From: Adineta vaga
Lineage: Eukaryota > Animalia > Rotifera
Length of the DNA: 64,000 nucleotides
Assembly (NCBI GenBank): GCA_021613535.1
Contig: CP075494.1
Location: 3,534,001 to 3,598,000, forward strand
Direction: 5' to 3'
The notes under the pieces are model-generated. The model ran no database searches, was not told the DNA's origin, and saw only the letters and a list, made by a program, of their open reading frames with translations. Each line of letters opens with the position of its first letter. Within the stretch, counting starts at the first letter, position 1. Shown piece after piece: positions 58,431-64,000 of the stretch. A program made the position numbers and the translations under genes.

Positions 58431-60078
58431 GTCAGAAATGAAAGTGGGAAATAACTTCAAACGTATATAGTAAAAGATGAAATTATTAGAGAAGAAAGAA
58501 AATGTTCTAATGGTTAATTCAAGTATGACTAATGAAATAAGTAAGATTTTACTTTTGAATTGAAAAAGGTTATTCTATTTCTTTTATTCTAACCCTAAAA
58601 ACTGAACCTCGAATAATATTAGAAAAGAGTATCTATAATCTATTTGTTTTTAAAATGAAATAAAAAATAAACGAAAAAGATTCTTGTTGATATGTTGCGC
58701 ATTTCTTTCTTTCAAACTAATAATTATATCGGTACTTTGAAAAGTAACACATGAATTATTTCATGTCTAATGATAATTTCCAATTTTAACTGCGCACAGA
58801 AATAATACTCATTGATAATGTAAGAATACTTTATATTCGGCGATTTCGAACATTGTGGAATCAGTTCCAACCAATTTTCGAAATGTTCAACATCGCGGAA
58901 TATAGGATGACTGCTCATATAGTTGTTTTATTCTTTCTTTTCAGACAAGAGAGAGAGCATTTAATGACGTCTTTTTTATTTTATTTTAGTTCATTATTTA
59001 TCTTATATGAATGACACGGTTTTTGAAAACATTTCTTTGTAAACGCCTTTTCTCAGTGAATCTTAACATGGTGTTATATAATATATATTTCAAGTATTTT
59101 ATTACGAATAACTACTAAATATAAAAGTCCAATCATCATCAAATGTGTTATTTGATTACTATAAAATATGAAGATTTTTGTCTGAATTTCTTCTTAAATT
59201 GACAATCATGTGAGCTTTTCATTGTGATCATCACAAACAACAAGCCATTCACTACTTATTGCTAATGATGTTAATTATTTACTATGCAATGATAAATTCG
59301 TCTTGACAAACTGAAACGATTTTCGAGTCAAATCGAAAACATATAAATAATATTGAGAGTCTATTTTCAATATTATGCCAATTTCATGTGTTATCAGATT
59401 CGTCGTTATCGATGAGCTCTGTTAGAGACCGCTGAGAAACAAACATGCAATCTGCTAGACTATATAACAAACCAAAATTCGATCTATGTTCTATCTCTCG
59501 AATTGTGCCATGACAAACTTCTTGAATTCGATATAGCAACTAAAAGTTTCTCATTTAAACATGTAAAAGAAACAAATTCGTCTTTAGTTTATTCTAATCG
59601 ATAATTTTCACTCGATGAAAGTTTTAATCATGATTGAATTAAATAAATAAACTTGTTTTTCTGTTAAGACAATGAATCGAGACGAAGAAGATTGTCTTGC
59701 TGATCCAATGAATATCAATTTTATTTTTGACAAAATTCTGAGTGAAATATTTGTTTTTCGAAAATTTCTTCCAGATTATAATCACCACAAATGAGTTTAT
59801 CTATGGCGATGTACTCAATTTGATGCAAAAGTATCATTCACTTGATTAACGAATGCTTTTCCCAATTACTTTTATTTTTTTTTAAATAATTATGTGTTAG
59901 CGAAACAATTAAATAACAAAATTTTGGACGATGTGAATAAATATGACTTTCAGCATTCATATGACAAACGAGACGACATTAAACATCAGATGAATTCAAA
60001 AATTCTCGAATGAATATTAGGCAAACATAGAGTCAAAGTTTCAATACTGTTTTTGATTGGTCTAGTTTGTATTGACTA

Positions 60079-61208
60079 TTAATTGTTGTTTGTTAGAAAT
60101 CTACCAAACATTTTTTTCAGTTCTTCTCGAAACAAACGACTTGAGAGTGTAAATAAGTAGAAGCTTAGACAAGGACCAAATGTTGAAAAAATTCCCACAA
60201 TTGAAAGGACGAAATTTGCTTGAGCCACTTGAGACACATTATCCGATGGACTAATTGTAGCTACTATGATTATGTTTGCAATCGAATATGTCAGAGCTGT
60301 CGTGCTATAAACAGAGACTTGAGCAAATAACATTCGAAGCACTTGTCTATCTGTTTTTCTTTCTCTTGATTTATTTCCATTTTGAATACTAGTCGAGGGC
60401 ATTGGATGAAGTCGTTTTGAATGATTTATATTTCGTATGGTGAGCAATCCAAAGAGAAGCATACATAAAGGAGGACCCAAACCATAGAAAATGAAACTAA
60501 AATAAGAATAAAATACTCGATACGGTCCTGATGGACCTGTATAAGAACAGAACGATTTCTGAGTTGCCGGTATAATTTCAATTCGAAAAAAAATAAGCAT
60601 ATGAACATGAACGATACAACCAATGACAACAATCACTGGAATAGTTCGATTAGCGATACGAACACTACTCCATGCTCTCATAGTGACTGATGTACAACTA
60701 CATAAATAGCGATCTGCACTAGCCAAAACGATGAACCAGTATGCCAATGATCTATATCAAAGAACAAAATCATATTAAAGAGAATGTTAAGAGAATTGCA
60801 CTGGTTATTAACACTATCCTTCATATAAGTTTGAGTTACAAAACTTTCGAACAGAGAATATCAGATTCATCTAAAATGTCTGTACCTTATTGTAGCTATG
60901 AAGAAAAATTCAATTTTGCAGAAATATATTGAATAAGCACTGGGATCTAAATTGAGATAGCCAGCTTGTATCAATCTAATGGGCAAATTATGAAAGGCAC
61001 TTAAAAAACCGAAGACAGTGGCGGCCAAAAAGTACAAAACGCACGAATTCGATCGTAATGATGGACGAGTAAGTATATATATATTTATTACATGACCCAC
61101 AACACCAAGAGAAATGACCAAGTAAGCATAACATCTGACGAACATCATTGTAATTTCATTCCACTGGTTAGCTTCTACCTGAAGTATTGTGATATTCATA
61201 GATGTCAT
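60079..61208 (-). CDS. Rhodopsin-like 7TM GPCR, two exons (intron 60752-60885)
   Basis: GVVGHVINIYILTRPSLRSNSCVLYFLA..FCKI/SLAYWFIVLASADRY..RKTDRQVLRML..SFYLFTLSSRLFREEL. Confidence 0.85.
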
Positions 61209-61504
61209 GTTAGTTCGTAAATAGATCTCAATGACAGTAAGTCGTGCACTATGATAATAGGAGGTACTATGCGTAAGCAAAAATGATCTAGAAACAAAGA
61301 AGTTTCTACAAGATAAATAAAGAGTGTTTCGTAAGTTTCTACCTTTTTGTTTTTTCTTCCTTTTTCATATTCCATCGTAGGCTGCTTCTCAACATATATT
61401 TTTCTACTTTTTGTATATTAAAACTGAGATAAATCAGCTTTATACTGATTCATAAGGCTCGAGGCATCTTTCTTGTTCTTTTCCTTTATTGCACTTACAT
61501 GAAA

Positions 61505-61562
61505 GGCTGAGGATAGCATTTTTACTCATAGACTTCATTCACACCTACACCCAGGCCCTCAA
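61505..61562. repeat. Telomere-like element, right arm dominant
   Basis: CACACCTACACCCAGGCCCTCAA at 61540-61562; left arm weak. Confidence 0.5.
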
Positions 61563-62136
61563 TAATCTCTATTGAAAACCAGCCTATGATGGAATTTGAA
61601 AAAAAAAGAAAAAAACAAAAAGAAGGTCGAAGGTTATGAAACATTCTTTAGGTTCTAAAGATAATATATTCTGTTCAAGCATCATATATGCGCGTTTTTA
61701 TATATGTCAGAAAAATTTTATGCATATATGGTTAGAGATGTTTTAACGTTTTAATTACGCATGCTAAACATGAAAACACTTCAGTAGTATAATTCTTTTC
61801 TATTTCTGTTTTAATGACATACTTTTGAAGAAAAACTATTATATTTACAAAACCAGTTCGGTATAAGTAGATAAATGAAAGATTTATCAAAACATCCTTA
61901 ACGACTCATATGCAATACCTATAGATATCGTTGTTCAGATTAATTATTTGTGTTTGTAATCGAAATTCTATCTCTAAATATGTTTAGAGGCAATTTATTT
62001 TTCCTTCAAGAATCAAATTAATTGATACTTATGTTAAGTGTACGATTTTTTCTTCTTCTATGAAAATCAATTGATATATAAGAACACATAATATTACTGT
62101 CGAATCATAACGATAGTTTTTCTTTTACTTGAATAA

Positions 62137-62568
62137 ATGACAAAAAAAATGAATTTGATTAAATTAACATTTTATTTGATCTTTACCTTGGAATTAGTGA
62201 TAATACATTGTAATGGAGAAAAATTCAAAAACAATAAACAATCTATTGTTAAGCGTGATTGTGTTCCTCTTGGTGGTATATGTGAAAAGTCAAATGATTG
62301 TTGTGGCGTTGATGATCCTAATACAGGACATTGTATTGGTTGTTGGCAACATGGTGGATATTTTATTAAATGGGGAAATTATCGTTGTGGTTGTGATCGA
62401 ACTAGTTCTGTTGCTATTGATTCAAAGACTTCTGAAATTATTAGTGATATATGTAATGGATACAATAATGATCGAACTCGTTGTGTTACTCGTGTTGCTT
62501 CTCCTAAAGATAATAAATCTCGTGGACAAAAATTATTTTGGTATGTTAAAATAATTATATTTCAATAA
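62137..62568 (+). CDS. Secreted prepro Cys-rich peptide with knottin-like N-terminal Cys spacing
   Basis: Signal peptide; KR dibasic site; mature DC-x6-C-x5-CC-x9-C-x2-C...CGC...C...C (10 Cys); the tail may instead splice at 62541-62579 and end WIREY*. Confidence 0.7.
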   Translation: MTKKMNLIKLTFYLIFTLELVIIHCNGEKFKNNKQSIVKRDCVPLGGICEKSNDCCGVDDPNTGHCIGCWQHGGYFIKWGNYRCGCDRTSSVAIDSKTSEIISDICNGYNNDRTRCVTRVASPKDNKSRGQKLFWYVKIIIFQ

Positions 62569-63102
62569 ATATGCATTAGGATAAGAGAATATTAATTAAA
62601 ACACTGGCGTTGTCAGGGAGAGATAAATCGCCAAATGATCACCGAAATTTAACTATTTCAGAATTTTCATAAAGACCTGTCAAAAGAAGACAGAACAACA
62701 AAGCACAGTATTCAATCATATACAAATATTCTTCTTTCGTGTACTCTGATAATTATTAAATTTTATTGAGATAGAAGCAATTTTTGACATTGTATTCGTC
62801 CATTTGTCTAAAGCTCTTGGCTTTACCACTGTTATATCGAATATTATACAACTCTATTTTAATTCAATGCCTTTTCTTTTGTTTTCTTAGAAATATTTGG
62901 CAAAAAAACAATCTTTTATTATTAACATCGATGAATATTATTTGAATAATCATTTCTTTTTTTTCTTGACTTTATTAACTTTTAATCGTGATAAAATAAA
63001 AATGTATTCGAATCATATTTTGTTCATTTTTCATCGAATTTTACTTGAACAAAAGAATATGTACTACGATTAACTATTTAGAGTAACAATATTTATTATG
63101 AT

Positions 63103-63154
63103 TTGAGGGCGTAGGTGTGTTCGTGGTGTATTTATTGATCAATCACACCCTCAA
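63103..63154. repeat. Telomere-like inverted element
   Basis: TTGAGGGCGTAGGTGTGTTCGTGGTGT-ATTTATTGATCAAT-CACACCCTCAA. Confidence 0.8.
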
Positions 63155-63524
63155 GCTGAAGACTATTCGATTATATAGACATGAGACTCAGGATTCAGAG
63201 GGACATCAATATTGAATCGATGCTATTGAAATGGATGAAAAGAGGGCTTACGTTACCGGAGCTTCGAAAACACATCTTGAGAATGTGAGTAATCGTCTTT
63301 ACAAGTAGAGAGTTACATACACTTCTCTATTTCCCAGTAAATATCGTCTCTTTCTTCGAAATAAAAAAGTATCGAGTGATACGTATATGTGTATGTGTGT
63401 TTCAACAACGATTTCTGATTTTATTATCATCTAATAGAAGAAAATTATATTGAAAATAATTATGAAAAAAAAAGATTTAAAAAAAATTGTCCATGTGAAC
63501 GTTGTTAATTATTTCGTTAGAAGA

Positions 63525-63980
63525 TTATGTGAAGTTTTCGATTCTTGTTGGTAATGATCCTTGTCGTGCCCATACACGGATCATAGTTCCTCCTGGAAAC
63601 ATTCTGTTTACAGTATCCCCTTCACGTTGAGCATCCTCCGTGAAATCGAACAAAACAACTTTCACTCGTCTATCAGCTGTACGAAAAGTTTTACGACAAT
63701 AGAATCGATTGTTGTCTTTGACTTTCGCAGTTTGTATGAGTTGATAACCAGGATAATGATTAGCCAACCATTGTTCTACCATCTTGTTTCTTATTTCACG
63801 ATCTGGTCCTCTGATTTTCACTACTCTTGGAGATCTGTTATGGTCTACAAAGATTGGTTGCCGTATTGAATGTTGATATGGTCTAAAACAGGTATTTTCT
63901 AATTTTTGTCAAAAGAATTTATACAAAAGTTTATACCTGTACGACATTATTATACTTGGTCGATATTTCACAACGGTGAT
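63525..63980 (-). CDS. 3' exons of an unknown gene whose start lies beyond the window
   Basis: Terminal exon 63525-63882 is open (PYQHSIRQPIFVDHNRSPRVVKIRGP..EQWLANHYPGY..KVVLFDFTE..); small exon about 63936-63980 with AG/GT borders. Confidence 0.55.
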
Positions 63981-64000
63981 ACTAAAACAAAAAGAAAGAT

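Noticed and set aside
1-64000. Bacterial contig or classical integron
   Set aside because: Spliceosomal introns, metazoan GPCR and SLC5 genes and eukaryotic TEs are interleaved; no tyrosine recombinase or attC RYYYAAC/GTTRRRY cores were recognised. The cassette idea is only an analogy.

Overview
This is AT-rich (roughly 30% GC by eye) eukaryotic DNA with short GT-AG introns. The gene content points to a bdelloid rotifer (inference): lineage-expanded 7TM receptors, NHL-repeat proteins, ADP-ribosyltransferase/TPR proteins and many intronless genes of bacterial or fungal type. About 25 genes or gene remnants are present, and at least ten carry nonsense or frameshift lesions. The 31-42 kb interval is a transposon block: a hAT element nested in a pogo-like element, a young Merlin/IS1016-type element nested in a second hAT end, and several MITEs. 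The most striking unexplained structure is a family of about 20 short (45-90 bp) convergent inverted elements, consensus TTGAGGGTGTGGGTG-N(12-30)-CACCCACACCCTCAA. Their arms are made of the bdelloid telomeric hexamers TGTGGG/TGAGGG in head-to-head (telomere-fusion) orientation. They occupy most intergenic intervals and divide the window into one- or two-gene modules. They are absent from the transposon block, and in four places a truncated gene or repeat fragment ends at or next to an arm. All family assignments come from motif recognition by eye; no database search was run.
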